NCBI GenBank assembly: GCA_964016885.1
Contig: OZ024742.1
Span: 254,944,001-255,008,000, forward strand
Source: Eledone cirrhosa
Taxonomy: Eukaryota
Direction of reading: 5' to 3'
DNA: 64,000 nucleotides
Below are positions 42,030 through 56,066 of this stretch, piece by piece. Positions within the stretch are counted from its first letter, which is position 1. Every line of letters starts with the position of its first letter. A program made the position numbers and the translations under genes. The notes beneath the pieces are model-generated. The model made no database searches and was not told the DNA's origin. It saw only the letters and a list, made by a program, of their open reading frames with translations.

Positions 42030-42420
42030 ACCTTTCACCAGCTTTGCCTAAGTCTTTCTTGGTCTTCCTCTTCCATGGCTTCCTTCTATTTTGAATTTCT
42101 TCATCAACACTACTCACACTCACAGCAATTATCATCTATATACATTACATGTCTGTACCAGTACAATTTCTTCTGCATTCAACATTTGATTCCAATGGAG
42201 CATGCTCACTTCATTTCTCTTTAGCCTCTGCATATCCCTTGCATTCACAGCGCATGTTTCCCTGTGATGCATTATCACACTTCTCATGCAGGTATCATAC
42301 AATCTACCCTCCAATCAGAGAGAGCACACCCACAGAGAGCTATTTTCCAGTACTTATTCTAACTGCTAGATTTTCAGAGCAACCTATTTCACCGCTGATT
42401 ATGTTACCTATATAAAAGAA
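42030..42420 (-). mobile_element. Old RTE LINE fragment
   Basis: GRLYDTCMRSVIMHHRETCAV...LKRNEVSMLHW. Confidence 0.65.
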
Positions 42421-42754
42421 CCTATTACCAATACAGCTTTCTCCATTTTTTATCGCTGGTACTCTTACTAACCACACACACACACAGATGCGTATTACAA
42501 CAGTCTGGTACTTTCAAATAAGACCTCTACAGGTCATTTGGAACAAAAAAGACTCTTATGGTATAATTATATATTTTGTTTGTGTTTGTAGAAATGTGTT
42601 AGAAGAATAAAAAAATGTAATTGTCAATTATGCTAATTTTTTCATGATATATATATATATATATTTATTTATTATTAATACAGATCTTCAGGAGATACTG
42701 TTTCAGTCTATACAGAATCTTCTTCAAAATATATTTGTACACACATACGCACAT

Positions 42755-42785
<31 letters not shown>

Positions 42786-42819
42786 ATTATAATTTAGCTT
42801 CGACATATCTGTATACAAA

Positions 42820-43335
42820 TGTGTATATCTAAAGATACACGGTGTGTTTAATAAATAAACATTTAGAAAGCCTCAACTATGAATAGACGACGAACGGTCA
42901 GCATTGCCATGCGGAATCCAAAAGAAGCAAGGGTGATAATTGTCTATGCATTTCCAACTTAGATGGTCCTCATCAGGACAATGCTTCTCTCTTCCTACTG
43001 CTGGACTTTCAGATAGGCGAAAATATATGTCAAAGCTAAACTCTAATTCTATTCTAATTTGAGCCAACTTATACAGCTTTGTATGCAAATGAATCTAATC
43101 AGCCCATTTACACAGACAAAAAACTATGTATTTTTACCTGCCCCAATGTCCAGCAATAGGAAGAGGGAAACATTATCCTGATAAGGACCATCTAAGTTTG
43201 AAATGCATAACCAATTATCCCCCTTGCTTCTGCTGGAATCTGCTCGGCGGCACTGACCGTCAGTTTTCTATTCATAGCTGAGTGTTTCTAAATGTTTATT
43301 TATTAAACATACCGTATATCATTAGATATACGAAT
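42820..43335. mobile_element. Inverted-repeat unit with two HHRs (42939-42982 minus; 43172-43215 plus)
   Basis: Minus strand ATTGTC-CTGATGA-GGAC-CATCTAA-GTTG-GAA-ATGCAT-A-GACAAT; the plus copy has CTGATAA. The arms are separated by about 100 bp. Confidence 0.78.
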
Positions 43336-43354
43336 TTCACACACACACACACAC

Positions 43355-43430
<76 letters not shown>

Positions 43431-43639
43431 CTATCCTTATCGAGCCCTCTTCAGACATTGGACTTTCTTATTTATTATTACTATATATATATATGATATA
43501 TATATGTGTGTGTGTGTGTGTGAAAAGTTCTCCCTTCCTGTTAGACTACTCATTATCCTACTATATCTTTTATGTACCCAAGATGTACGTTTATGCCTAT
43601 TCCTTTTCTACATATTGAGAATGGCCACTGCCCTGACAG

Positions 43640-44760
43640 ATTCTGGTTCCTATCTTCTTTCCTACTCACTAGTACTTCAGTTTTGGCTAAGTTTACAATC
43701 AGACATTTTGATTTCAAATTTAGTTTTCATAATCGGAATTTATATTCTAATTCTTTGTAATTTCAACTATAAGGATCAAACCATCTGCATAAAGAAGTTC
43801 CCATGGACAGCCCGTTTTAAACTCCTCTTTTATGGCCTGAAGAACTATGATGAACAGCAGTGGGCTAAGAATTGCACCTTGATGAACTTCTACCTGTACC
43901 TTGAATTCCTCACTAAACTCATTTCCTACTTTCATTTATTACTGTACATAGCTTATACTGCTCTCACAAGCCATTTTTCTACATCTAATTTCCTTAAGCA
44001 TCACCAGATAATAAAACGAGGTACTCTGTCAAAGGCCTTCTCTAGATCAACAAAAACTAAATATAGTTGCTCATTTTTGGCTAGGAACTTCTCTTGTAGT
44101 TGCCTCACTAAGAAGAGGGAATCTGTAGTACCTTTCCCAGGCATGAAACCGAACTGCATCTCATCAATTTTGACACTTTCCCCAATTAGCTGCATTATAA
44201 CTCTGTGCCACTTTCATAACTTGGTCTATTAGTTTTATTCCTTTATAGTTGCTATTTTCTAGGGCAGTAGTAATTTATGATTGTACCAATGCACCAGTCA
44301 TTGGGTATAACTCTGTCATGTATTATTTGATTTGCTATACAGATTACTAGTTTGTCTCCTACCTCTCCCAGTGCTCTTAACATCTCAGTAACTATTTCTG
44401 AAGGTCCTGCAGCTTTACCATTCTCCATCTCTTTCATTGCGTCTTTCACCCTAAAACTATCAACTTCAATAGCTGGTCCTTCCTTAGGGTATGTTGGCAG
44501 TAGTTTCTCTTTCTCCCATTCATTCTCTACATTCATCAATCTCTCATAGTAACATTTCCAGGACTCTTTCTTTTTGGCCTCAGTGGTGCTAAGTGCACCA
44601 GCGTCATTTCTAACACATTTTCCCCCTCCAACATCTTGATTCACACTAACACACTGGCTTGCAATATGGAATACTTCATATCTTTGGCCCTCATGGCTCA
44701 AGACATTGGCAAATTTACTTTCTTCAGCCTCTCTCCGAGCTGCGTATACCTGTCACCTAG
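43640..44760 (-). mobile_element. RTE LINE reverse transcriptase fragment
   Basis: GKAAGPSEIVTEML, QFGFMPGKGTTD, FVDLEKAFDRVPR, VHQGAILSPLLF, ELLYADGL. Confidence 0.88.
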
Positions 44761-45794
44761 GTAGTACTTAAAATCTAATTCTTTCTATCGCTAAGGTATT
44801 GCAAGGGCATTGATAAACTTGATACAAACACACTTTTAGTCTTTATTGATGTATCAGAACATTTTATAATATATAAAATAAGAATTCATAATACTCTAGA
44901 TTCTTAGCAAATTAATGATAGCTGAAGAACTAAAATAATACACACTATCTTTAAGATTGATAGTAGATTTATTGCATTTGAAATAAGTAAATAAGTGAAC
45001 AAGCTGCATTTCCCGGGCCATAGAGCAATTGAAAATTAAAAATGTCTATGATGATTGGATAGATTAATAACTTTTAAATTCTTAACCATTTAGTCAATCG
45101 TAAAAAAATAAAAATAAATAAATAAATAAACATGCTATGCTAATTCCTGTGATTTAGAAATGCCAAAATTAAAATTTCTATCGTAGTTATTTTAGTTTTG
45201 AACCTAATGTAGTTAAGTACAATGTTACTTTTTACAGATTTACTATACATTTTTATGATAAGGTAGAATTCATTCTTAAATGTGTGTGTGTGTGTGTGTG
45301 CTCTACTAGCAGGCCTAACATCTTCAGGTCAACAGGTTTAATGACATACTTTCACTGGGGAATCACTGGGTCTAGCCTTTCCTATGTTTTGCTGGTCTGA
45401 CTATAATAAATAAAAAGGCCAACCATGTCATTGATGCTTTGATAGACATACCTACCTACAGCCCTAGATAAAGATAATTTAATATATTTCTTGGAATAAA
45501 GCAGAACTAAAACAGCTGACTATACAAAGAAGACGTACATTGGAATAAATTTACACACTCTCGCGATCACTGACCTCCCGAAAAAACACAGAAAAGCAAG
45601 AGAACTTTAAAGACTTTTTTTTTATTTACAGACTGTCTGCCCATATATGGACTCTGCCCGCCGCCTACCCCCTGAGGATGCCAGCTATGTTCCGGCCGCC
45701 CGAATACCAGCAATTCAGTTCAGATCTAGCTGTTGAAACGGCCAGAGCTCAACCATTGGGGTCCCGAATTTTTCATATATATATATATCAGATA

Positions 45795-46149
45795 ATGGTA
45801 GATAAGACAGGGTTAAATCACCATAATTATTTATTGCATTATATATATTTCTGTTACTTGGCTATTCATGTGTCTTCGTCAGATGTTTACACAATTAATG
45901 GGGTCAGTTATGCAATCATTGTGATATGCTGGTGGCCATGCACGTCCATTCACTGGTGAAGTAGTTTTGGCATATGACAAAATACTTCACCAGTGAATGG
46001 ACGTGCATGGCCACCAGCATATCACAATGATTGCATAACTGACCCAATGATTGCTTAAGCATCTGACGATTCACATGAATAACCATGTAACAGAAATATA
46101 TGTAATGCAATAAACAATTATGGTGATTTCCTCCCGTCTTAACTACCAT
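45795..46149. mobile_element. Fold-back unit with two HHRs (45836-45886 minus; 46059-46108 plus)
   Basis: Perfect 63-bp inner arms (45901-45963 and 45983-46045). Plus-strand HHR reads GCAT-CTGACGA-TTCACATG..CATGTAACA-GAA-ATATATGT-A-ATGC. Confidence 0.78.
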
Positions 46150-46336
46150 GGTGGATTGGCAGTATCGGTAGAGGGTCGGTCGCCATGCTTTGATGCATTG
46201 CGTTACGGCCCTTGCCATTCTGAGTTCAAATCCCGCCGAGGTTAACTTTGCCTTTCATCCTTACGGGGTCGATAAAATAAAGTACTAGTAATACACAGGG
46301 TAATTGCTGGCCTTGTGCTAAAAGTAGAAACAATTA
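46148..46336 (+). mobile_element. SINE family A
   Basis: GGTGGATTGGCAGTATCGGTAGAGGG...GAGTTCAAATCCCGCCGAGG...AAAGTAGAAACAATT. Confidence 0.9.
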
Positions 46337-46504
46337 TTTGATAAATGAATACTCTACTCAATATGACCTACCTGGGATAAACTACTGATGTGTAGTGCTT
46401 TGGATCGCTAGGACCTGCTTATTATGAGGAAGTTACTACAAAACAACTAAGATACACAACATTCTTGTATAATACTTACATACATACATGCATACAATCA
46501 TTAT

Positions 46505-47770
46505 CATCACCATCATCATCATCAGTTAGATGAGTTGCCTTATTGTGAGACAAGCCATGTCTGATGAGCATGTCTTGCTCATACAGAACTGATTTTTGGC
46601 TTGGTTTCTATAGCTGGATGCCCTTCCTAACACCAATCACATTTACAGTGAGTGGTGGGTGCTTTTTGTTGTGACACCTTCATGACCACTTTACAGTGTG
46701 GGTTGAGGGCTTGCGTTGTTGGATTGGTGAGGTAGATCTAGGGGTGTATGTGAGGGGGAAGAATGTTTAGGTGTGCGTGGAGTGTTAGAACGTGGATGGA
46801 GTGTTAGGATGTGGGAGGTGCAAAAGGGTGAGGGACGTGGATAGAGGTAGAGGTGTTAGGATAGCTAAGTGTATGGAAATGGGGAGGGCGAATGTAGTGC
46901 ATACAAGATGTATGCTTCAACCCATGCATATAGGAAGATGGGTGTTCTGTATAACTGCATAAAGCAAGAGGTCTTGATCCTGTGTCATCACATTCGAGAG
47001 ATGCAATTGTGCAATGTCATCTATTATCACCTCATCCCAAGTCTTCCTAGGTTTTCCTACACCATAGCTTCCATCATCCTTGGGCCCCCGCACCTTTTTA
47101 TACAGCTGTCATACTTTATATGAATCATATGACCATACCAACGCATTCTCCCCTCCTGCATACTGCATCTTATCCCTCTTATCTCCAGTTTCTCTCTCAC
47201 TTCAGTTATGCTTTATCAATCAAGAATATTATATTACACATCCATCAAATGATGGAAGCTTCATTTCTTTCCAATCTTGGTAGCTCCTCTACACACAGCT
47301 CCGAGGTCTCACTGCCATGTCACATTGTTGTTCATATACAAACATCATACAATCTGTGATTCATTTTGAGGAAAAAACCTTTGTTAGCAGTGGTCGTAGC
47401 TTCCTGAACTTTGTCCATCCTGTTCTCACTCTAGCTACAGTACTTTTGGAACATCTACCTCCACTGCTAATTTTGTCGCCCAGGTAACTGAAACGATCAA
47501 CTATTTCTACCAAGCCCCCTGAGCATTTAAAGGAGTTAGTATCCTGTAGGCTGTTCCTACTTACTGCACCTGTGCAACAACCACATATAAAGCCTGCATT
47601 CTTTACTAACCTACCTGAAATCCCACTATATGCTATATGCTTGAGTACCCATAGTTTACATTTGGGGCATAGAATGGAGTTTATACCTACTCCTTTCCTG
47701 CTCACTCGGCAAGGCCATTTCCCTGAGGTAACAATCGCACAATTTCCAACTGCTTAGCCTGTCTTCTTAT
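46505..47770 (-). mobile_element. Degenerate RTE LINE 3' portion
   Basis: GINSILCPKCKLWV...VDRFSYLGD...RVRTGWTKFRKL; same tail as the 14840 copy. Confidence 0.82.
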
Positions 47771-48014
47771 TCTTGATTGCCTTACTTACTATACTATATA
47801 TATATGATATATTACCTGTTTCACTCTGTAAAATGGTTGGCCTTCAACTGGAGACAATATATGCTAGAGAGAATTTGACAACCATTCTAATGATAAAGTG
47901 CCCCTTGTACAATTTGAAAAGTGTTAGTGCTAGTACTACTATGAACTACATCCAGTATGGTTGATATGATGATATATGTAAATCATATGTATGTGTATGT
48001 GTGTTATATACCCA

Positions 48015-48079
<65 letters not shown>

Positions 48080-48109
48080 TTACACACATACACTTACACA
48101 CACACACTT

Positions 48110-48140
<31 letters not shown>

Positions 48141-48438
48141 ATGCGTGTATACTAAACATACTAAACTCAATTACTTTCTTCCAGAATTATTTACATCTCT
48201 ATTTGAATTCGACATTAATGGACAGAAATAGGTACACAATTACATCCCCCTAAGGAGAAAGGAAATTATAAAATCTATTTCATGTATTCTTCCTTATCTA
48301 TTTATTTATGTATTTTCTATATTATGTTTTTTTTATAATCTTTATTATTTATTTGAATTTGTCCAAACTGAGTCACCCGTATGTTATAAAGTTTATGATA
48401 ATAAACAATTGTTGAAATTTCACTCATGTTTATGTTTG

Positions 48439-48487
<49 letters not shown>

Positions 48488-48509
48488 TAATAATAATAAT
48501 AATAATAAT

Positions 48510-49885
48510 GTTTTCTTTATTAACCACAAGGGTTCACATAAAGTAAACATTAAGGACAGTACAGGACAATACAGGACGGTACAAATGGGCATTTCTGCGT
48601 GTAAAAAAACAGAGGATGTAATAAAATAACAAAGAAAAATTCCCCAATAGGGGGGAGACTTCCGAGGGACATTCGTGGAGAAAGCCCATTAAAAGACCAC
48701 AGTGACCCTGACCACCAGGGCAAGTGCCCTCTCCAAGTTTTCCACCTTTAATTTACAGACACATACTCAGAGAAGGCCCATTCATTCGGGCCATACTTGC
48801 TTCTCTCACCCATCTTTCAACAAAATGCTGGGAAGAGAGCACCTCCCTCTCTACCCTGATTTTCCCTTTCAAATGAAATTTGAAAAAGTTAATCAGGGCA
48901 TCACCGAAGAGGTAAGTACTCGTCTTCAGCCCTTTCAAACGTGTCCACCATACTATCTCTTTCGCCATGGCCACCAGACAGATAAAAATTGCCTGCCCTT
49001 CCTGGCTAAAGGAAGAGGGCGGGGCAATCCTCACGATGGACTCAGATGATAGCTGGATCCGTCCTACACGTGACAGCAGGTGTTCGACATAAACCCACAA
49101 GTCAGCAATGCTCGGACACTGGACGAGTGCGTGCAGGACGGTTTCGTCGCCCTGCGCGCATTTCGGACAAGCCCGGCTGACGGCACGTCCATGCCTGTAG
49201 GGTTTATCCCGAACTGGCAAAGCTCCTCGGTAGCACTGCCAGGCCAGGGGTTTCAGGAAGTTGTCCATAGGCCCCGACTCGAAAGTCCTTCCGAAGAGAA
49301 TGGCTAGTTGATTTTCCTCGACGCCTAGAGTTTCTCCAAGTACGTCGTCGCTCTTCCCCTCCACTAATCCTCTATAGAACGCCAAGGTGGAGTTTCCACC
49401 GATCACATTGCCCGATTGGTCGAGGGCTGTGAGCGCCTGAAGACATTCCAGTCTCAAAGCTCTCCCTCTCAGTCTTTGCTTGACCCAGGACTGCAGCTCC
49501 GTCAAGGAGACGAGCTGGAGAAAGACGTGTCTAGCAAACGGCGACCACACCTGATCACCGTCGAGGAAGAGGTGGAGATGTCGTAGCTTGAGCGCGTGTC
49601 TGCGCATCATCAGCCACGGCATGCCCAGCCCTCCACGTAGCGGGTTTTGACGGCAGATGGACAGCCTGACCATCGGAGCGCGTCCCTTCCACAAAATGCG
49701 AAAGAGCAAACGCTCCAGCGCAGTCAGGCGGGGCTTAGGACAAAGTACGACGGTCAGGCGGTAGTAGATGACGGACGCGATTTACGCGTTAGCCACCTCC
49801 GCTCGACCTTTCAGGGATAGCTTCCTCTCCGACCATTTCTGGGTGAGAGAAGCCACCCTGCTCGTCACTTCGTCCCAGTTTTTTT
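48510..49885 (-). mobile_element. 5'-truncated L1/Tx1 copy
   Basis: ORF 48753-49709 matches the ORF2 C-terminus (CPKCAQGDETVLHALVQC); (AAT)n on both sides. Confidence 0.93.
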
Positions 49886-49890
49886 GTGCG

Positions 49891-49925
<35 letters not shown>

Positions 49926-50184
49926 TTTCTTTATTAACCACAAGGGTTTACATAAAGTAGACATTAAGGACAGTGCAGGACAATGCAGGACGGTACAAAT
50001 GGGCATTTCTGCGTGTAAAAAACAAAAACAGAGGATGTAACAAAAATAACAATGAAAATAACAATGAAAAATTCCCCAATAGGGGGGAGACTTCGGAGGG
50101 ACATTTGTGGAGAAAGCCCAGTAAAAAGCCACAATGACCCTGACCACCAAGGCAAGTGCCCTCTCCCAGTTTTCCACCTTTAAT

Positions 50185-53100
50185 TTACAGATATATGCTC
50201 AGAGTAGGCCCATTCACTCGGGCCATTCTTGCTTCTCTCACCCATCTTTCAACAAAATGCTGGGAAGAGAGCACTTCCCTCTCTACTCTGATTTTCCTTT
50301 TCAAATGAAATTTGAAAAAGTCAATCAGAGCATCACCGAAGAGGTAAGTGCTCGTCTTCAGCCCTTTCAAACATGTCCACCATACTAACTCTTTCGCCAT
50401 GGCCACCAGACAGATAAAAACTGCCTGCCCTTCCCGGCTAAAGGAGGAAGGCGGGGCAATCCTCACGATGGACTCAGATGATAGCCGGATCCGTCCTAAA
50501 CGCGACAGCAGGTGTTCGACATAAACCCACAAGTCAGCAATTTTCGGACACTGGACGAGTGCGTGCAGGACGGTTTCGTCGCCCTGCGCGCATCTCAGAC
50601 ATGCCCGGCTGACGGCACCTCCATGCCTGTAGAGTTTATCCCGAACTGGCAAGGCTCCTCGGTAGCACTGCCAGGCCAGAGATTTCTGGAAGTTGTCCAT
50701 AGGCCCCGGCCCGAAAGTTCTTCCGAAGAGATTGGCTAGTTGATTTTCGTCGACGCCTAGAGTTTCCCCAAGTACGTCGTCGCTCTTACCCTCCACTAAT
50801 CCTCTATAGAACGCCGAGGTGGAGTTTCCACCGATCACATTGCCCGATTGGTCGAGGGCTGTGAGCGCCTGAAGACATTCTAGTCTCCAGGCGCTCCCTC
50901 TCGGTCTTCGCTTGACCCAGGACTGCAGCTCCGTCAAGGAAACGAGCTGGGGAAATACGCGCCTAGCAAACGGCGACGACACCTGATCACCGTCGAGGAA
51001 GAGGTGGAGATGTCGTAGCCTGAGCGCGTGCCTGCGCATCATCAGCCACGGCAACCCAGCCCTCCACGTAGCGGGTGTTGACAACAGATGGACCGCCTGA
51101 CCATCGGAGCACGTCCCTTCCACAAAAAGCGAAAGAGCAAACGCTCCAGCGCAGTCAGGCGAGGCTTAGGACAAGGTACGACGGTCAGGCGGTAGCAGAT
51201 GACAGACGCGATGTACGCGTTAGCCACCTCCGCTCGACCTTTCAGGGATAGCTTCCTCTCGGCCCATTTCTGGGTGAGAGAAGCCACCCTGCTCGTCACC
51301 TCGTCCCAGTTTTTGTCCGTCTGGAGGTCCGGACCGAACCAGACCCCTAGCAATTTAACCGGTCCGTCCGTCCAGCGTCCGACGACGCTGTTGGATGGCA
51401 TGGACCTGCCTCTCCAGGTGCCGAGCTGCAGGCCCACTGACTTTTCCTGGTTGATCATTGCTCCTGTCACCGCTTCGTATTCTCTTAGTGTAGTGCCGAT
51501 CGCCTCGATGTGTTTGGCGTTCGACACCACTACGGTGACATCGTCCGCATATGCTGACACGGATCTTCCGCATCCTAGTTCGCGCGGGACTCCCCTCAAC
51601 GTCTCCAGTTTGTGCAGTAATGGCTCGAGAGTCAATACGTACAAGAGGGACGAGAGGGGACATCCTTGGCGGACCGAGCGCATGATGTTGAACGGTTCCG
51701 ACAGGTGACCGTTCACTCTCACCACAGAGCAGATGTCGCTGTGCATGGCAGCGATCCAGCCTCTGAAGACGGGCCCAAAGCCAGCCGCCCTCAGGACTGC
51801 CGCTAGGTAACGATGGTCGACCCTATCGAAAGCTTTCGACTGATCTAAATTGATCAAGGACCCACCCGTGCCAGGTTCCTTAGCTACCTTCTCTACGATG
51901 TATCGCATGAGGTGGAGGTTGTCGTGGATGGATCTGTCGGGAATGGCGCATGTCTGCGCCTCTCCCACCAGACCACCAACGACAAGCGCCAACCTCTTTG
52001 CTAGCACCTTGGCCAAAATCTTGAACTCTGTGTTTAGCAGAGTTATGGGCGGGAAATTGTCTATGTTATCCCCCTTGTTCGGATCCTTTCTCAGCAGTGC
52101 CACCGCTCCTCGGCTCACAGAACTGGGAATTCTCCCGTTCTGTTGCCAGTTGCAGTAGACGTCCGCCAAGAGGCTTCCGAACAAGTCTGGCATCTGTACG
52201 TAAAGTTCATAGGGCAGACCATCCAAACCAGGCGATTTACCCCTTGTGCAGCCAGTCATTGCCTCCCTTACTTCAGCGGCTGTTATCGGCTTTTCGCAAC
52301 ACTTCGCCTCAGTGGCCGAAAGCCGCGGCAGTCCGTCGAGGTAGACACTAAAGTCCATCCCTCTACCCGGCCCCCCGCTGCCCCCGAACAGCTGAGCGAA
52401 GTGTCGCTGAAAAGCTTCACACATTTTCCCGGGATCGAGTAGCATGCGCCCGTCGTGGTCCACCAAAGACCGGATCGTGGATTTGTTGCCACGACGCGCC
52501 TCCGCCACTCGGGCCCATTGAACGGCTTTCGTCCCCTCGTGTCTGAGAGCACGCACCCTTGCTCTGACAACGCAGCCTTCGTGCTTTGCATTGAAGAATT
52601 GGTCAAGGGCCAATTTCGCCGCAAGCACGTCGGTCGCAATGCCTTTGCTAAGCGCCTCGTCTAATTTTCTAACTAGTTCTCCCTCTGCTCTATTTTTCTC
52701 TATTGCTAAAGCCTTACTAAACCTAATCGATTCTATTCTAATCGCTCTTTTCAGAGCAAACCACCACTTGTTGTTGACGATGGCCCCCGTCAACGCCCGC
52801 TTAACTAGGTCGCTAATCCGGTCTCTGTAGGCCCTGCGCGCTGGTAAGGACGCGTTTAGCTTCCAGTAGCCGGGTCCTCGTCTATGAAGCCTATCTAAGT
52901 CAAGTACACAGATCACGAATTTGTGGTCCGTGTAGCTGACTATCTTGAATTGTGGACAGCCTATGCTAGACCTATCTATTTCCCTACAAAATACTCTATC
53001 TAGATATGATCTGGATGACCCTATGCGATTTGTCCAAGTCCACATTGGCACATTCGGGAAATCCAATCGGTACCTGTCAGACAGTTCAAAACGCCTGAGC

Positions 53101-53603
53101 AGGTTGGTGAGGCTCTTGCACCCTCCACCCCTATCCGGTAATCCCACACAGTCCCAGCGTGCATCTAAGATCCCGTTCCAGTCGCCCACTAACACTAAAG
53201 AGCGGGACGTTCCAAGAAAGGTCTCCAGACGCCGGAAGAAATCAGGCCGCCCTGCTCCTGTCGGGGCATAGACGGCCACTAGCCTGAAAGCTTGCCCGTC
53301 TCCGCTGGTCACGTCCAGCACCACCAGCTTACCCTCTGGGTCCAGGAAGATGGCCCGTATGGCGAGATCCAAACCTCTCCGAAAAAGCACAGCAACTCCT
53401 CCACCGGATCCAGGACGGCTGGGAGATGCGTACACATCGTAGCCGCCGAAGATCGGTGCGAAGGCCCGTGCTTCGGAGATTCTGGTCTCGCTGATGGGCA
53501 CTACATCTATGTTTAGTGACCTGAGGTCGTTGAGCAGGTGACCCTGCTTCCATGACGACCCCAAGCCACGCGCATTTATGCTGCCTATTCTGAGTGAGGT
53601 CAT
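50185..53603 (-). CDS. Tx1/L1 ORF2 (APE endonuclease-RT-zinc finger), split by one frameshift near 51050
   Basis: An 853-aa ORF (SINARGL, SET, GDWN, LDRVF, TDH, GYWKLN, KSPGLDGLP, QGCPLS, AYADD) continues in the 50185-51123 frame (CLRC...HALVQC). Confidence 0.9.
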
Positions 53604-53638
53604 GTTTAAAATAGAGTGGAAAAGATGGGAAAGACCAC

Positions 53639-55751
53639 TTACCGTACTTTTGGTAGAGGAGGGATGGTTTTTAAATCCCTTTTCACTTGATCGTCTGGTG
53701 AAGGGACCGTTGAATCGTCCCTTCGGCTGGTCGTCGGCTCTTCTAAGAGAATGTCTGAGTATACTCTTCGATTGATGGTTCCTCCTAGGTCCCTGAAATC
53801 ACCAACTGCGTTGGGGAATTTCGTTTTAATATTTGTGTATTGTTTCTGTGCTATTTTTAGCAGTCTTATGTTAGTTGGCGTTTTGATTGGTGCTGGTATT
53901 ATGTAGTCCTGTTGTGAAATGTCTGTGTGTTCAATTATGTAAGTCATTAGTTTCTTGTTGTGTGTATTTATTGCCGTGCATTTGTTTTTCTGGGGGTGGG
54001 GTGTGGTTCTGCTATTTTCTTGTCGTTGTCGCTGGGTGTGTGTGTTTTGTTGTTGTGTTTGCGATGTTGGTGCTTGTGGTGGTGGTGTTGAAGGTGTTGT
54101 TGGCGGTGGGGTTGTCGCCGGTGGTGATGGTGGTGCTAGTGTGGGTGGTGATGGTGTTGGTGTTGTTGCTGCTGTGGGTCTCTTTGCAGTAGACTTTACC
54201 CTTTTCTCATTTCTTTCCTCCCTTTTCAAAGGCGACGATGCGCTGCTTCTGCGTTTGTGCCTTCTTACGACCTTTTGCCATCTCTCTCCCACCTCACACT
54301 CCATGTCTGATTCTGTGAGGTCGGGGAGGGGTACCAGCTCCACTATTTCACTTGTTGTTGTTGGTGATGTTTGCACTGGAGTCTCTGTTGCAGCTGCATT
54401 TGGTATTGCTGTTGTTGTTAGTATTTCCACTGCTGCTGCTGTTTTTGATTTCCGTGGAGTGGGTATGGGTGCCACGGGCCTATCGTTCCTGGTTGCCGCC
54501 TGTCCTGTTGCTGGTAGCCGTGGAGCCGGATTCGGAAGGAGGGGGGTTTTCTCCTTTCTCAGGGTCTTCTCGTTGCCGAAGGCCCTGAGGTGAGTCTTCG
54601 ATCCACAGCGAAAGCATTTCGGGCGTTTGCCCTCAACACTTATGGGCAGTTGAGTGCCGTTATCGAAGTCTATCACATCCGGGATAGCTTCGATGCACTC
54701 CTGGTTGGTTTGGATTAGCATCTCAATGGAGGAGCCGACCCAATCTTCTCTTACTTTTTGCTGTACTTGCAGTACAGTTGTTTTGTCCTCGATTCCGACG
54801 AGGACAGACGCGGCCAGCCAAGAAGGGGTCATTCCGGGGGGGGGACGTGGGTCAGTTTGACCCTCACAATTTTTTGCCCACAGTAGGAGGGCACCAACAC
54901 CATTTCCTCGCTCCTTAGGGTCACTACTGATTGGGCCTTTGCCTCCTGGGGTGTGGCAAAAAGTACGTCTACGGTGGCATATTTTTTTGCCTCGGGTGAT
55001 GTGCGTTTTCCGCTGCCACACAGACCCCAAGGCTTTTTGTATTTGGGCCTCTGTGGCTCTTTCCACCCTACGGGATTTTGTACTTACTGTACGGTACGTG
55101 ACCGTACAGTGCTCTTGGGTTTCGAAAAATTTTTCCGGTCCGTTCTTTGTCACCATCTTCTTCGCTTCCTCTAAATTCCTCATTTGTTATGAGGATTGTT
55201 TCCAAGTTTTTCGCAATACCTGCAAATGAGATTGGTTTTTCTCTGCTGTTGTTGTTGTCGTCAGAGCTGCTGGTACTTTTGTTGTTGCTGCAGGTACTAC
55301 GACTACTGCCTCCGCCGCTGTTGCTGTGGTTGTTGTTGGTGTTGCTGCTGCTAATGCTGTTGTTGTTTATGCTGCTGGTGATGCTGTTGCGGCTGCTACT
55401 GTTATTTTCATTGTCACTGTTGCTGTTGTTATTACGGCTGCTACTGCTATTATTCCTGACGTCAGACGAATGAACTGGGTTTTCGTATTTCCCGCACACC
55501 TGTTTCGTCGCTGTCGTCGTCGTCGTGGAGAAACCTTGCACGCTTTGCACGAGACTTTTCTTTTCTTTCGTCACTTGCGAAAGAGAAGGGAGGGAGAGAG
55601 ACACATTTAAAGAAGGGAGGGAGAGAGACAATCTTCTCTCTGCTGTAGTGATGATTGAGGAAGAAGAAGACGGAATGAGTGGGAGTGACGTATGAAATTT
55701 CTTTTTCGTAGCCATGTTGTTTTTTTGTTTAAAATGAAATTTTGGGTACAA
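53639..55751 (-). CDS. Tx1 ORF1 (nucleic-acid-binding, zinc knuckle), frameshifted
   Basis: ORFs 55068-55751 and 53639-55183 contain VEGKRPKCFRCGSKTHLR and P/T- and S/N-rich low-complexity segments. Confidence 0.7.
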
Positions 55752-55931
55752 AACCCCAATAACTGGTTATTTAACCCCGAAGGGCCAAATAACGGACAGA
55801 AAGACCCCTCTCACGAGGAGGAGGGTGTCTTTATCAACAATTTGGTTCAAGTTTTAAACAATTTACAATTGTTTTAACGGTTAAAAATTACTATACCTTA
55901 CAGAGCCGAGCCTCCGTCAACCATGGCATTC

Positions 55932-55970
<39 letters not shown>

Positions 55971-56021
55971 GAAAAGAAGAAGAAGAAGAAGAAGAAGAAG
56001 AAGAAGAAGAAGAAGAAGAAG

Positions 56022-56066
<45 letters not shown>

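Larger units (their letters stand above)
49924..55931 (-). mobile_element. Near-intact full-length L1/Tx1-clade LINE
   Basis: ORF1 and ORF2 present; (AAT)n tracts at both ends. Confidence 0.95.

Noticed and set aside
43282-44232. 316-aa plus-strand ORF
   Set aside because: It runs through (TA)n and the antisense strand of an RTE RT fragment; not a real gene.
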